Source: Eledone cirrhosa
Taxonomy: Eukaryota
Direction: 5' to 3'
Length of the DNA: 64,000 nt
Assembly (NCBI GenBank): GCA_964016885.1
Contig: OZ024741.1
Coordinates: 118,482,001-118,546,000, forward strand
Shown in pieces: positions 54,503 through 64,000 of this stretch. The notes below the pieces were generated by a model, which made no database searches, was not told where the DNA came from, and saw only the letters and a program-made list of their open reading frames with translations. The stretch's first letter is position 1, and every line of letters begins with the position of its first letter. Position numbers and translations under genes: made by a program.

Positions 54503-55377
54503 AAATGTGTGAAATGCTTGGTACAGTTAGGAATATTTGAAAAAAGGAAAAGAATGACTTCACTTGTAGTTAGTTCTAAACAATTTATTTAATTTTATAG
54601 TATTATGATTTGGAAAATTAAATCAAATTGTTTAGAACTACAAGTGAATCATTCTTTTCCTTTTTTCAAATATATATATATACACGCACACGCACACGCA
54701 CACACACACACACACACACACATTCATGTATGTATATTTTATATATAAACAGCTATTTAAATCTTAACCTGCTTAAATTACAAAATACACAGAAATAACT
54801 GTGTAAAATTATATTTACAGCTTCTGCACGCAAACTACTAACACAAACCTTATTCCACATTCAAAATATAAATTGATTCTTTTAATATTTTTTTTAAATA
54901 ATTCATTTGTTTTGTTGTTTTTTTTTCTCTAGACAATTGACAGCGCTAGTACCGGGCCTGAAAATCGAGGAATTGACTCGAATGCTTCTACACCGTCTGA
55001 GAATCCACCCTCTGCTAGTTCCACCTGGAATAATTGGCCTAACACTCCACACGTACAAAATTCTGATCCGCCTCGCCCGCACACTATTTCCTCCGCTTAT
55101 GAAAAAACGCATTCACGACCTGCTCTTTCAGATCAAGTGTTCGTGGCTCCATCATCGTCAAGAGACATGTTGGATCAAATAGTCCAGTCGCATGACCCTG
55201 CCCAGACACATCAACAGGTATCGCCCTACGGCCACATCAGGGCTGAGCGACCCAAAAGTGCTATTGGGGGTGCCACTTCCCGGCCGACGTCTGCCACTAT
55301 AATAAAAATGCAACCTGTTATGCCGCCTCTTGGACCCAAGCCCAAGAGTAAAGCAGTGCCTCCGCCCACAATACCAG
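5673..55377 (+). CDS. MTSS1: MTSS1/MIM-family I-BAR (IMD) domain protein gene, partial multi-exon span (5' and 3' exons outside window)
   Basis: GT-AG exons join in one frame and read like MTSS1/MTSS2: [108 protein letters not shown]. Confidence 0.95.
6290..6570. repeat. Tandem expansion of about 48 bp (ttttatcatggcaccagcacaaccactttacagtgtggactgg...) within a dispersed repeat; also about 41900-42055 and 61320-61610
   Basis: Several degenerate units at each of three loci. Confidence 0.8.
6898..7178 (+). mobile_element. tRNA-derived SINE with CORE-like block (copies about 16182-16300, 29778-29895, 31535-31830, 42586-42931, 53890-54150)
   Basis: A/B-box-like head followed by gtgttcttgagcaa(g)acactt. 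Confidence 0.75.
7180..7670 (-). mobile_element. Degraded RTE LINE 3' fragment (similar at about 31170-31470, 45400-45870, 47600-47720 on -, and 3090-3250 on +)
   Basis: The 31150-31407 ORF reads [21 protein letters not shown], an RTE-type RGRPRKTW C-terminus. Confidence 0.65.
7838..8405. repeat. (TA)n/(TATG/CATG) microsatellite
   Basis: Direct inspection. Confidence 0.97.
9752..9843 (+). CDS. MTSS1: MTSS1/MIM exon (IMD), [30 protein letters not shown](E), 92 nt, phase 2 to 1
   Basis: Acceptor tatctttacag, donor AAG|gtatat; frame fits both neighbours. Confidence 0.95.
10587..10661 (+). CDS. MTSS1: MTSS1/MIM exon (IMD basic tip), [25 protein letters not shown](G), 75 nt
   Basis: Acceptor tcttttcag, donor AGG|gtcagt; Lys-rich membrane-binding patch of I-BAR. 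Confidence 0.95.
11934..12091 (+). CDS. MTSS1: MTSS1/MIM exon (IMD), [53 protein letters not shown], 158 nt
   Basis: Acceptor ccatgtttag, donor GTG|gtaagt; ALIEERxRF IMD motif. Confidence 0.95.
12367..12567. mobile_element. piggyBac MITE family 1 (also 15462-15836 with nested SINE, and 58218-58435)
   Basis: TTAA|CCCTTTAGCATT ... (CTAAAG)GG|TTAA; same left TIR as the element at 52421. Confidence 0.8.
12853..13552 (-). mobile_element. Four tandem copies of a tRNA-derived SINE (Meta-domain-like core)
   Basis: Reverse complement of gttcaaatccc..gaggttaactttgcctttcatccttacggggtcgataaaataaagtaccag with (AAT)n tails; units about 12853-13000, 13005-13095, 13133-13322, 13335-13552. Confidence 0.85.
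13637..13792 (+). CDS. MTSS1: MTSS1/MIM exon (end of IMD), [52 protein letters not shown], 156 nt, phase 0 to 0
   Basis: Acceptor catccaccag, donor CAG|gtgaga; matches EITHL...DPHKLPSSSEQVILDLKG. Confidence 0.95.
15499..15671 (+). mobile_element. Same SINE family, + strand, nested in a piggyBac MITE
   Basis: Head ggcgatgaattggcagtatcggtagag, B box gagttcaaatccc, tail gtagaaacaatt. Confidence 0.85.
16976..16990 (+). CDS. MTSS1: Candidate 15-nt microexon (TTKNL) of the MTSS1/MIM gene
   Basis: Long pyrimidine tract, ttttaag|ACAACAAAGAATTTG|gtaagt; phase 0 to 0 between two phase-0 exons; no homology support. Confidence 0.55.
17207..17769. mobile_element. piggyBac-like MITE family 2 (TTAA|CCCTT..cattaccatatttctaatgaa ... 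atcaaaagggTTAA); more than 10 degraded copies near 5768, 10290, 20353, 20776, 21786, 33410, 34350, 39941, 55890, 59749, 62010
   Basis: Shared body of about 240 bp, CCCTT/AAGGG termini, TTAA flanks. Confidence 0.75.
18240..18610 (-). mobile_element. CR1-like LINE 3' fragment
   Basis: ORF 18371-18577 [33 protein letters not shown] resembles the CR1 C-terminus (RRLRGDLI..YKI..TRGH..F). Confidence 0.7.
19305..19460. repeat. 33-bp minisatellite (ttggcaaccttcactcgtgtgagagggaccgct), about 5 units
   Basis: Direct inspection. Confidence 0.85.
22188..22286. mobile_element. Tc1/mariner-type MITE (also 32255-32330; partial at 44186)
   Basis: TA|CAGGGTGTCCCAAAAAATGTATACAC-type TIRs of about 25 bp. Confidence 0.8.
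22869..22991 (+). ncRNA. Type I hammerhead ribozyme motif with long branched stem II
   Basis: CCCA-CTGAAGA-ATTATAAGA[two inner hairpins]TCTTATAAT-GAA-ACGAGTCGT-C|TGGG; intact core, GUC cleavage triplet. Confidence 0.75.
23193..23245 (-). ncRNA. Type I hammerhead ribozyme motif, family B (best copy)
   Basis: GAGATTC-CTGATGA-TTTCTAAAGAAT-GAA-ACAG[TTCTAGTC]CTGT-A|GAATCTC: 7-bp stem I, 4-bp stem III, GUA triplet. Confidence 0.78.
23193..23380. mobile_element. Fold-back element, family B, copy 2
   Basis: Closely similar to 2381-2566; flanked by (GA)n and (TA)n. Confidence 0.8.
23919..24146. mobile_element. Fold-back element, family A, copy 2 (folds back inside the hammerhead stem II loop)
   Basis: Same outer ends as 679-1127 (acgatattaac ... 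gaacttttgc) within (TA)n. Confidence 0.8.
24648..25013. mobile_element. Putative hAT MITE
   Basis: Imperfect TIR CAGTGGCAACTC / GAGTCACCACTG; ATATATAT flanks are not diagnostic as a TSD. Confidence 0.55.
26917..27096 (+). CDS. MTSS1: MTSS1/MIM serine-rich exon [47 protein letters not shown]([13 protein letters not shown]); 3' end may be 27057, 27066 or 27096
   Basis: Acceptor ttgtttcag; matches [14 protein letters not shown]; three in-frame GT donors. Confidence 0.9.
27855..28460. repeat. AT-rich minisatellite of about 30-34 bp (aaacatttgtttgatataaacaaatatagct...)
   Basis: Many degenerate units seen directly. Confidence 0.9.
29405..29735. repeat. 33-bp minisatellite (atactgcagtgtatagccagtcaagtgcttgat), about 10 units
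   Basis: Near-identical units without spacers. Confidence 0.95.
30330..30730. repeat. 14-bp tandem repeat (cttatatacacacg)
   Basis: Direct inspection. Confidence 0.95.
34434..34623 (+). mobile_element. tRNA-derived SINE (Meta-like) nested in a MITE
   Basis: 10-bp TSD AGTTGAAACA at 34424-34433 and 34624-34633. Confidence 0.88.
35691..35810 (+). CDS. MTSS1: MTSS1/MIM exon [40 protein letters not shown], 120 nt, phase 0 to 0
   Basis: NAGNAG acceptor cacag|CAG, donor CAG|gtatgg; conserved RLSSVSSHDSGFxSQD motif. Confidence 0.93.
36290..37390. repeat. Degenerate (TG)/(TA)/(TATG) low-complexity tract
   Basis: Direct inspection. Confidence 0.92.
38601..38732. repeat. Imperfect inverted repeat, MITE-like hairpin (arms of about 47 bp)
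   Basis: gtgcacctttttaggtttgg...gaaagta / tactttctgc...cctaaaaagatgcac. Confidence 0.75.
39200..39376 (+). mobile_element. Young tRNA-derived SINE (Meta-like)
   Basis: 18-bp TSD ATTATTATAGTTGCTGTG at 39182-39199 and 39377-39394; B box GAGTTCAAATCCC. Further copy at about 51935-52150. Confidence 0.9.
44875..44919 (+). CDS. MTSS1: Probable 45-nt exon [15 protein letters not shown] of the MTSS1/MIM gene
   Basis: ttcaaatttaag|GAT...CAA|gtaagc; phase 0 to 0, stop-free, purine-rich exon-like composition in unique sequence. Confidence 0.65.
48825..49010. mobile_element. Fold-back element, family B, copy 3 (diverged subfamily)
   Basis: Same architecture and tail; stem I is GGCTTC/GAAGCC. Confidence 0.78.
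49575..50037 (-). mobile_element. CR1/L2-group LINE 3' fragment
   Basis: The - strand reads [34 protein letters not shown] and [27 protein letters not shown]. Confidence 0.78.
52421..53884 (+). mobile_element. Internally deleted piggyBac transposon, 1464 bp
   Basis: Perfect 14-bp TIRs CCCTTTAGCATTCA / TGAATGCTAAAGGG with TTAA on both sides. Confidence 0.93.
52631..53310 (+). pseudogene. Truncated, frameshifted piggyBac transposase (PGBD-like, N-terminal part only)
   Basis: Acidic N-terminus, [38 protein letters not shown]; frameshift near 53055; ends before the catalytic DDD. Confidence 0.88.
54933..55377 (+). CDS. MTSS1: MTSS1/MIM Ser/Pro-rich exon [11 protein letters not shown]...[18 protein letters not shown]...[18 protein letters not shown](G), 445 nt
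   Basis: Acceptor ttttttctctag, phase 0; GC-richer stop-free frame; RPHTISxAYEK is recalled from invertebrate MIM proteins; donor CAG|gtttgg (a possible internal donor lies at 55217). Confidence 0.88.
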
Positions 55378-55408
55378 GTTTGGATTAATTTATTACTTAA
55401 TCATTTAT

Positions 55409-55472
<64 letters not shown>

Positions 55473-58400
55473 GGAGATTTTATTAGTTAAGTATGATAGA
55501 TTGTTAACAAAAATATATCAGTTTTTTTTTCTCTTTTTCTCTGAAATTGACATAATGTAGTTTTATTTAGAAACTTGGATTAGTCTGGATGGTATTGTAG
55601 ACTTTTCCTTTGTATTTCAAATATTAAAATAGCACTTCTATATATGTGTATGTGGGTGTGTGCATGTGCTGTCAGAACTTTTGATAGTTTTTTATTATTA
55701 TTCTTTGTAGTAGTAATAGTGGGAACTTATTTATCCCTTTGATGTCATAAGGAATTCCTGACATATTACAGAATGTCAGCCAGAAATATTTTAATAGTAG
55801 AATCATGTGGTCAGTTAGCAATATGAACAGAAACAATTTTGCTATCAAAAAAAGCTAAAAGTATTTCTTAAAGAATTTTACAAATTTAACCTTTTCATTA
55901 ACCATAAATCCAGTAAAATAAGTTTCAATTAATTTTTTATGACAATCAAGAATTTGGATGAATTTAATAAAATAAGTTTGTGATAATCAAAATAATGTTT
56001 GGAACATAACTTAAGTTTCTTAACAATGGAAGGTTTTGATTTTGTTTTAATTTTGTTTTAATATGAACATTTTAATGAGATGTTTTGTATCATTAAATTT
56101 GGTGTAGAAAGAGTTATGACTTACACATTTTATTAAGTTTACTTTACATAGAAAAACTGTTTTTGAATCATTTTATTTATTTATTTATTTTTCTCTAAAA
56201 GATTTCAGAAAAGCTATTAAATTCTTTAAAAAATAAACTTTTACTGTTTCTGCTGGTGTAGTAGTTTAGGTTTTAGCTTGAAGGAACATAACTTGTTTGT
56301 CAAAACATTTATTTTGTTATTACTTTAATAAATACTTCCTGCATGTTAACATATCTGATGAAAATCACTGCTGTTCTTGTCAAACTTTAAAATAGTCATG
56401 CCAAGGAAACAAACATTTGATCACTTGTAAGTTAAGATGTTTGATGTGTTTCAGCCATTTATTTCTCTATATGTTGTCTATGAGTGGTTGATATGATAGA
56501 AAACAAAGTTGTATTTTTCATATATTAAAGAATATATAATATAATATATGTTTGTATGTGTGTATAGTGTTATGGTTTTTGTAACCATTGCATACATTTT
56601 CAGGTTTGTATGTCTTGTTAATTTATTCAAACATCTGATTACTTGTTTCTTGGAAAGATTTATTTCACTATATATTCTTTGACACTTTGGTCACAATATA
56701 ATTCTGAAAATTTTTGAAAATTTTCAGAATTATATTTTGTCATTGGCCATTGCCACCAATCCTTTTTTTTCCTTTCTTTTGTTTCCAAGGCATAAATCAG
56801 CAGATATGTTCTTCTGCAGATTGTGCAAGGCACGCTTTGTTTATTGAATTGTTCGTTCTCTCCCCCACAACTTACAAGTTTTTGTTTGGTCACCAACTAT
56901 CTGATATTAACATGGTTTTTGTCTCAGAATCTTAGAACAAAGAACTTAATTTCAAGACATCAGTTTCATATCTTCATATCTAAAAACTTCTCAACTGTCA
57001 ACTGAAAAATGAAAATAAATAGTTACTGTATACACTTGTATATAAGTTGCAGCAATAAATAATGCACATTCTATTTGTTTAGAATATTTTGGTTTGAGCT
57101 TATTACCCATACATAGGTCATTATCATCATCATTTTAATGTCTGCTTTCTCTGCTAGCAAGAGTTGGACATGTTTAGAGTATTTTAGTTTTGGGTCTATT
57201 ACTCATACATAGGTCACATGTTGCTTTTATAAATGTGGGGAACTGGATGTTAAATGGTGATGATGATGTTTGTAATTTTGCTCTTAGTTGCATTTTTTTT
57301 TAAATAATAGTAAATAAAATTTTAGTTGAAATAATCCCAATCATTGCCAATATAGTCTTGCAAAGTTCTGGAACCATAGATATCATAGCAATCCATTTCT
57401 ATGAGATATGCCCAGAATCAAAAGATTAAGCAGTGTTTTTAAATCACCACTCCTAATAGACTGATAATATATACAGCATCTACTGTGCATTAGGATTTCA
57501 ACCAACTGATAGAAAACTGTGCATTTGTTTCACACACATGAAAGTCATATATATTTTCATGAGACAACATCATCAATGCATATTAGTTTAAATGACTCTA
57601 TATTCATAAAGATAAAGTAATGACATGATTAACTTACCCTACCTACTCAATTATTTGCCGTAGGTGTCTGTACATGTATGTGTTGTGAATTTCAAGCCCA
57701 GGACAAAATTTGGTAGATATCATGTATGGTTTTTCACAGTCTTTTTTTTTTTTTTAACTAAAAAGCTGTGACTTATCTGAGTATATACAGTAGAGTGAGT
57801 GTATACATGCATGTATATCTGCACCTTAATTCTCTTTTTTCTGGGTGGATGATAATCAATATCTACAATGACAATATCAATCTATTGTTTCTAGTAACAT
57901 TTGATCATTTATACAATCTTGAATGTATTGATTTCAATTTTCGAAACAATTTATATTGTTAAAACCTTGTAAAGTTTTCATATTTTTACTGAATTCCATA
58001 AGAATCATTAATTCTCCTTGCAAAAGAGTCATTGAATGTTTCCCTTTTGACTCTCCATACCTAAGAATTTTTTATACTTTATAGTGACAATGCTTGCTTC
58101 TATCTACAATTTGTAAATCTGTAGCTATAGCAGAGTATGCAGAATTTCTAATAATTAACCTATTTTACTTAATGACTTGAATTCAAATATATATATTAAG
58201 CAATGTGTTTTTCTTAACCTTTTACTATTTACATTACTCTATATTTACTATTGTATTTTCACAATAAAGGCTTTACCTCACAAAATCTCACATAATATCA
58301 AATCTACGAGATTTTGATATTATTTATTTTGAGAACAATACCTTAACATTAGTATAAGGGACCGGTTACAATCGGTTTGAACAGAAATAGGTGGGGGAAT

Positions 58401-58742
58401 TCTGACCAGATATGGTTGGTTTAAAGGCTAAAGAGTTAAAGTTAAACTTACTCAATTCTAGAAGCACATCAGGATGGAGTTTATCCCAGTTTCATTAGCG
58501 TTAAGTGACTAAGGGTACAATACTAATTCGGTTTCTCTTTTTTTTTTTTTTTTTTTGCACGGGCAGGAGGAGAGGGTGAGTAGACTGTCACAACATAAAA
58601 TGAAATGCTTTGTGCAAGGACTAAACATGTTGCTTGGTCAAAGAATCAAACACCACTTGCTTAGGATCATGAGTCCAACAGCCTAAACACTAGGCTGTGT
58701 ATCTTCAACATATGGCATATGTCTAATATAATTCACTTGATC

Positions 58743-58974
58743 CAGTGGCGAAGAGTAACCTGGAAAGCAGGGCATGCAGTCCAATCGCCGTGGCTGCGAT
58801 TTAGTAAGCAGCCAAAATTCTGCTTGCTTCAACCGACGCTGTCATGTGTTTGTGTGTGTGTGTTATCTGTTTATGTGTCTGCGATTTAGTAAGCAGCCAA
58901 AATTCTGCTTGCTTCAACTGACGCAATTGATCAACTCAAGATTCTATAACGCATGTACGTACCCTTCGCCCCTG
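58743..58974. mobile_element. hAT MITE with internal 46-bp direct repeat
   Basis: TIR CAGTGGCGAAGAGTA / TACCCTTCGCCCCTG; perfect 8-bp TSD ACTTGATC. Confidence 0.9.
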
Positions 58975-61900
58975 ACTTGATCTACATAAACTGTCTTTTT
59001 CTAGTAGTAGGTATAATGTCAGTATTTCTGTTTGTACAGCTGTAGTTCCAGCCAGATCTTCTTAGTCTCAACAATTATAGGAAGAAGAGACTATGTTAAT
59101 TAACAGAAAATGCAATAGTGTGTGTTTATAAGTTGTTGAGAATGACAGTTGACTGATTAAATTATCAATTGATTAAAGGAAAAAAGAAATACAAAACATA
59201 TGTACTTTTAATTAGTAAAGAATAATTTCTGCTGATGTTCTTGAAATTGTTCTTTAAATTGTTCTTTAAATTCCTTGCTTGGTTTCAGCCTCTTACCTTT
59301 CAGCATTTAAATCATTCTGTTCAAATCATTTATCACTATTGGTCTTCAGAAAATGTAACCTATGCACTCCAAAAACCAAGACATTCTTTATTTATCCCGG
59401 TCCCACAGATGTCACAGCCATGCTGTCAGAACCAAAATCTTGATACCTCTTAACCTGTATCACTAACCATAATTGTTAGCAACATTCTGAAATGCTGTCT
59501 ACTCTTAGCTTCAATGAATCAAATTCAGGTGACAAATTACTGATTTAAGCTATTTTGAGTCCAGTTAGACAACAACTCTGATCTCTTGCTGTACTGTCTA
59601 CCTCTAAATATATTATTGCAACATTGCTAAATTTAAATGTAGTCAGGGTTAATCTTTCTTATTAATATATTTCTGGAGTTTAGATCATAACAAAGGTTCT
59701 TACATAAAAATATGATGGAAAGTTTTTAGATAGATATAAACACCTTAACCTTTTCATTACCATATTTCTAATAAAACAAATGCTGCCAGTGATTTTCAAT
59801 TAATTTTTTAATAATTAATAATATAACTAATTTTCTCAATATAAAGTTGTTTGAAACATAACTTAACAAAAGGTTCTTACATAAAATTTTGATGGAAGGC
59901 TTTTAGATAAATATAAACACTTTCAAACAAAATGTTTTGTATTATAGAACAAGGAGTTATTTCAGGTGGTTTGGTATCAAAAAGGTTTACACTAACAAGC
60001 CATTAAAGTTATACTAAACACTAGATTTAGTTTCCAAAGAGGCACCAGTTACTCATCTTTAGGCCTGTGTGAGATTTAATTTTGTTATTAAGAGGCTTCA
60101 TATGAAAACAATTTTTCCTTTCTGTTGAGTTGACAGAAAACAAAATGTTGTTTATTTATATGGCAAGAGTACTCCACCTTCTCTCACTCTTGATCACTTA
60201 ATTTCATTATCACATTTTGATATCCTGTAATGATTTAGCAGAAAATATCCAAAAATGGATTTGTTAATTCAAATGTTTATAGTCTCTTTACTAGTAGATA
60301 GATCATTGTGAAAATTCACAGTGAATTAAAGACTTCAAATGTTAATGCTGTGTAGTCATAGAATTGTCTTATACTTTTCAAAAATGTCTTGGTAATGCAA
60401 TTTCAGAACATTAAGGGTTAAAACTTAAGCAATCTGCTTCTTATCTTTCTATTAAATGATAATATTGTACTTCCATTGCATTGCTGAACTAAGATGATTA
60501 ACTCTACAGTATAAGGGGTCTAATTTCATGTTTGTTTTTTTAAGATAGTTAATAATATATAAATGCATCATAGCTATCTTCCTTAGGATCTTTATACAAA
60601 TTTATTAATTTCATAGTCCAACCCTTGCTAGCAAGAAAAATGTATGTTAAATGGTGATGAGGATTATAGTTTTGTAAAAGAAAATGTTTCTATTATTTAA
60701 AAAAAAAACAGAATCTAATCTGTTATTAATTGATAATGCTACAAATTTTTAGTGTATGAATTATTTTAGTTTCAAAATACCTAAAAAAAAGACCTGGAAT
60801 ATTTATAAAAATGAAGTCTTATCTCTGGGTGTTATGGCATTAAACGGATGAGATAAATCCCCTCCCACTCCACCTCCCTGAGGTAGCACACTACCCCATC
60901 ACAAGTGACATTTTCAGATCTATTCTTGGCAGTTTTGTGAACTGGGGCACATCAAGTATCTAAGTTTCCTGCCCACATATACAGAGAAACAGCCCTAACC
61001 ACCCAAAAGGAGATTTCTTTCTTTTCAAATACAAATTCAGATGTATTCTCTTACAGTGAAGTTATATGTTTAGAAAGTTAAGAAATATTTTCTGTCTATA
61101 CATAGTATAGATAGCTGTAACTTCAAGTAGGGACAAAAGGGTAAATAAGATCATCTCATAATTTTGGAATGTATGATCTGTAGCCAATCATCACTGTTTA
61201 GCATTTATTTTCCATTCTTGCATGGGTTAGATGGGTTGTCACATTATTAGGCTAGACAGCCAAATCCTGCTCATGTTTCATTTTGGGTGCGGTTTCTACA
61301 GTTTGGTGTACTTGCTAATGCCAGTCACTTTACAGCATGCACTGGGCATTTTTCATGGCGCCAACACTACAACAGGGTAATCTGGGTGCTTTTTGTCATG
61401 TCACCAGCACAACCACCTTATAGGTTGGACTAGAAGCTTTTTGTCGTGGCACCAGTACTATCTCTTTACAGTGTGGGGTAGGTGCTTTTGATTGTGGTGC
61501 CAGCGCTATCACCTTACAGGGTGGACTGGAGGCTTTTTGTCATGGCACTAACATGACCGCCTTTCAGATTGGACTGGAAGCTTTTTCTCGTGGCATTAAC
61601 ATTACTACTTTACAAAGTAAAGAAATTAAATCATATCTAAAAATATATTGGGTATGCATAGCATTTACAATTGGGTCTGTAGTTTCTGGATTTAATATTT
61701 ACCCTTGTATAGGAACCAAAACAAAAAACTTTTACAATTGGCTACTGTGCTGCAAATATTTGGTTCAATTAAATTCATTTAAGTTTACAGTATTACTATG
61801 TTACTGTCACTATAGTCCCTGTCCATAGTCTGCCTATACATAGGTTTAATAGCCACTTTCTACTATGAAGCTTTTAGTGATATTCTAGGCTGTACCAATA

Positions 61901-64000
61901 TTTTTTATAAAATAATTCAACGGTAGTGAAATCTACAATCCATTTGTTGATATATAGGAACAAGGTGTAGATTATTAACAGGGAGTAGGCTTACAAATAA
62001 ACCATTTAACTATTTTGTTAGTATATTTCTGATAAAAGACACTACCTATGATTTTTAAATCTTTTTGAAAATAATAAAGAATTTCATAGGGTTTAGTAAA
62101 ATAACTTCCTCATTAAGCTGGTGCTTGGAACATAACTTAAGGAAGGTTCTTACATAAAATTACAGTAACATTTTAGTTAAATATAAACACTTTGAAACAT
62201 AGTTTTGTATCATAGAGCTCAAGACAATTTCAGGTGGGTTTATAAAAAGAAAATAGTGTATAAACCTTTGTCACAAGGTAGTATATTTGGTTCACATTTG
62301 TTCAAATTTCTCTCCCACATTGCTTTACTGAGAGTAGTAGAGTTTTTGCCATATTTGATATCATATAAATAATCTCTTTAACTAATAACTCTTATTTGCA
62401 TGCTTTCTACAGGTGCTTTCTGTTCTGTTACAGCTGAAGCTCCATTGGCTAATAAGCATGGCTTTTCTCACTGGTACACTTCACTACTGCAATTCTTGTC
62501 TTGTTTGCTGTCCACCATAGTCTTCAATGGCAGTGTCCTTTTTCTCGGGCATCACATCTCTTTCGGGGGACACTAAAATCAGCTATGCTAGGAAAATATC
62601 TTCTATCATAATTTTGTGTTAACCAAAACATTGCAGGTGAAATTTGGTTGATGGAAAATGTTCTTTGGGTGGTAGATATAATGCATTGCCCTGTTTAAAA
62701 CGACCATGTGGCTCTTTTGTGCTTTTAGCAGAATTCTCTTTGTTCAAGCACTAGAGCTGAGTGTCTGAACTTAGTATAACTTTTTCCCTTCCTCCCACTA
62801 GTCACAGAGGTACTTCCTCACCTTCCCACTAGCCTTTGAGGCTCTGCAAAGGCTCAAGGGTATTGCTTTTCCTTCTTTAACTAAGCAATTAACAAATTAT
62901 TTTTGGTTATCTCGGTGATATATTTTTTAAAAGCTCAGAATTAACTCCATAATTGTTAGTCTCTCTGTTAATGCTATATGCTAGGCTAGTAATAAGTTGT
63001 TAAACTACAGTAATTTAATCAAGCACTAATTAGCTCATCCTTGTTATGCATGGGAGGATCCTTATTGAGGTCTGGGTGGGTATATTAAATATCAAATAAT
63101 ACATATTATGTATAAATATAGTAAAATAAAAATTATATATTTATTTATACATAGTATATATTATATTATATTTGTGTGTAGGTAGGTCTCTCTGGAAATA
63201 GGGGTTGGGCCGCTGAGGGTATTACATGGCTGTGAGGGGGGGGGGGGGGGGGCAGTTGTCCTAAAAGTTTGAGAACCTCTGTTTTAAGTGAACAAGCCCG
63301 ACTATTTGTCCACAAATGAGATGTTAAACCTTACTTTTTTTTTTTTTTTTTTTTTTTTTTGAGCCATTGAAGATTATTCTTGCTATGTTTTCTTGCAGTA
63401 AAAACAGCATCATCACTTACATCAGCACACTCCTGCTCACATAACACTACTTTCTCAATCTACAATCTAACAAACACTTCAGCACTAAAATGTCTATATC
63501 TACCGTTTTGAGGGGTTTTTTCTAACCTGTTTGGTGTGTGAGGGTGGGAGCAGGGAGAAGCGGTTGCTTTACTATTTACTAATATTATAATAATAATTGT
63601 TGTTGTTGTTATTGTTATTAACTAAATTTTCAGTTCCTTCAAATAGCTCCTCTTTGAAAACGAAAAGAGGTTTGACCAATTTCTGCTCTATGGTTTATTA
63701 TAAACTCCGGTTTTAACATCATTCCTGTAAACATGTTTGTGTAGAGTTTGTATGCGTACGTACATATATGTATGTATGCATGTATAATTACATTTCAAGC
63801 ATGTATTTTAACATTTCATTATAGTTCTATCCATCTATCTAGCTCACTCTCCTCTATATGGTACACTAATTTTTCTCTCGTCTAATTCTATCCAACCATT
63901 TCTATGGTGACTATTCGAAAAATAGCCACTCTACTAACAAACTTTCTTACACAACAAAACTAAGTACAATGCAATCAAAATTAAGTCTCCAGATGCATGT

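Noticed and set aside
54903-55182. ORFs 54907-55182 (+) and 54903-55112 (-)
   Set aside because: Off-frame and antisense shadows of the real exon starting at 54933.
62413-62576. Phase-1 acceptor with 53 open codons after the last exon
   Set aside because: No MTSS1, WH2 or proline-rich similarity and only a weak donor; needs RNA-seq.

Overview
AT-rich, microsatellite-laden eukaryotic genomic DNA. The SINE/LINE/MITE repertoire looks like an octopod cephalopod (inferred from repeat style, not proven). The whole window lies inside one + strand gene, an MTSS1/MIM-family I-BAR (IMD) protein. Eight well-supported coding exons run from 5673 to 55377, with one probable 45-nt exon and candidate microexons; the N-terminal exons and the C-terminal WH2 exon(s) appear to lie outside the window. 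Introns hold (TA)n/(TG)n tracts (the source of most listed ORFs), tRNA-derived SINEs, RTE and CR1-like LINE 3' fragments, hAT, Tc1/mariner and piggyBac MITEs, and a 1.46-kb internally deleted piggyBac with intact TIRs and TTAA TSDs. The most notable hidden signal is a set of short non-coding elements in or beside (TA)n tracts that carry type I hammerhead ribozyme motifs (CUGANGA...GAAA...UH). Two families occur as fold-back palindromes, one of them with compensatory stem I changes between copies, and one hammerhead has an unusual branched stem II of about 95 nt. They look like non-autonomous Penelope-like or retrozyme-type elements. All calls were made by eye; no folding or database searches were run.
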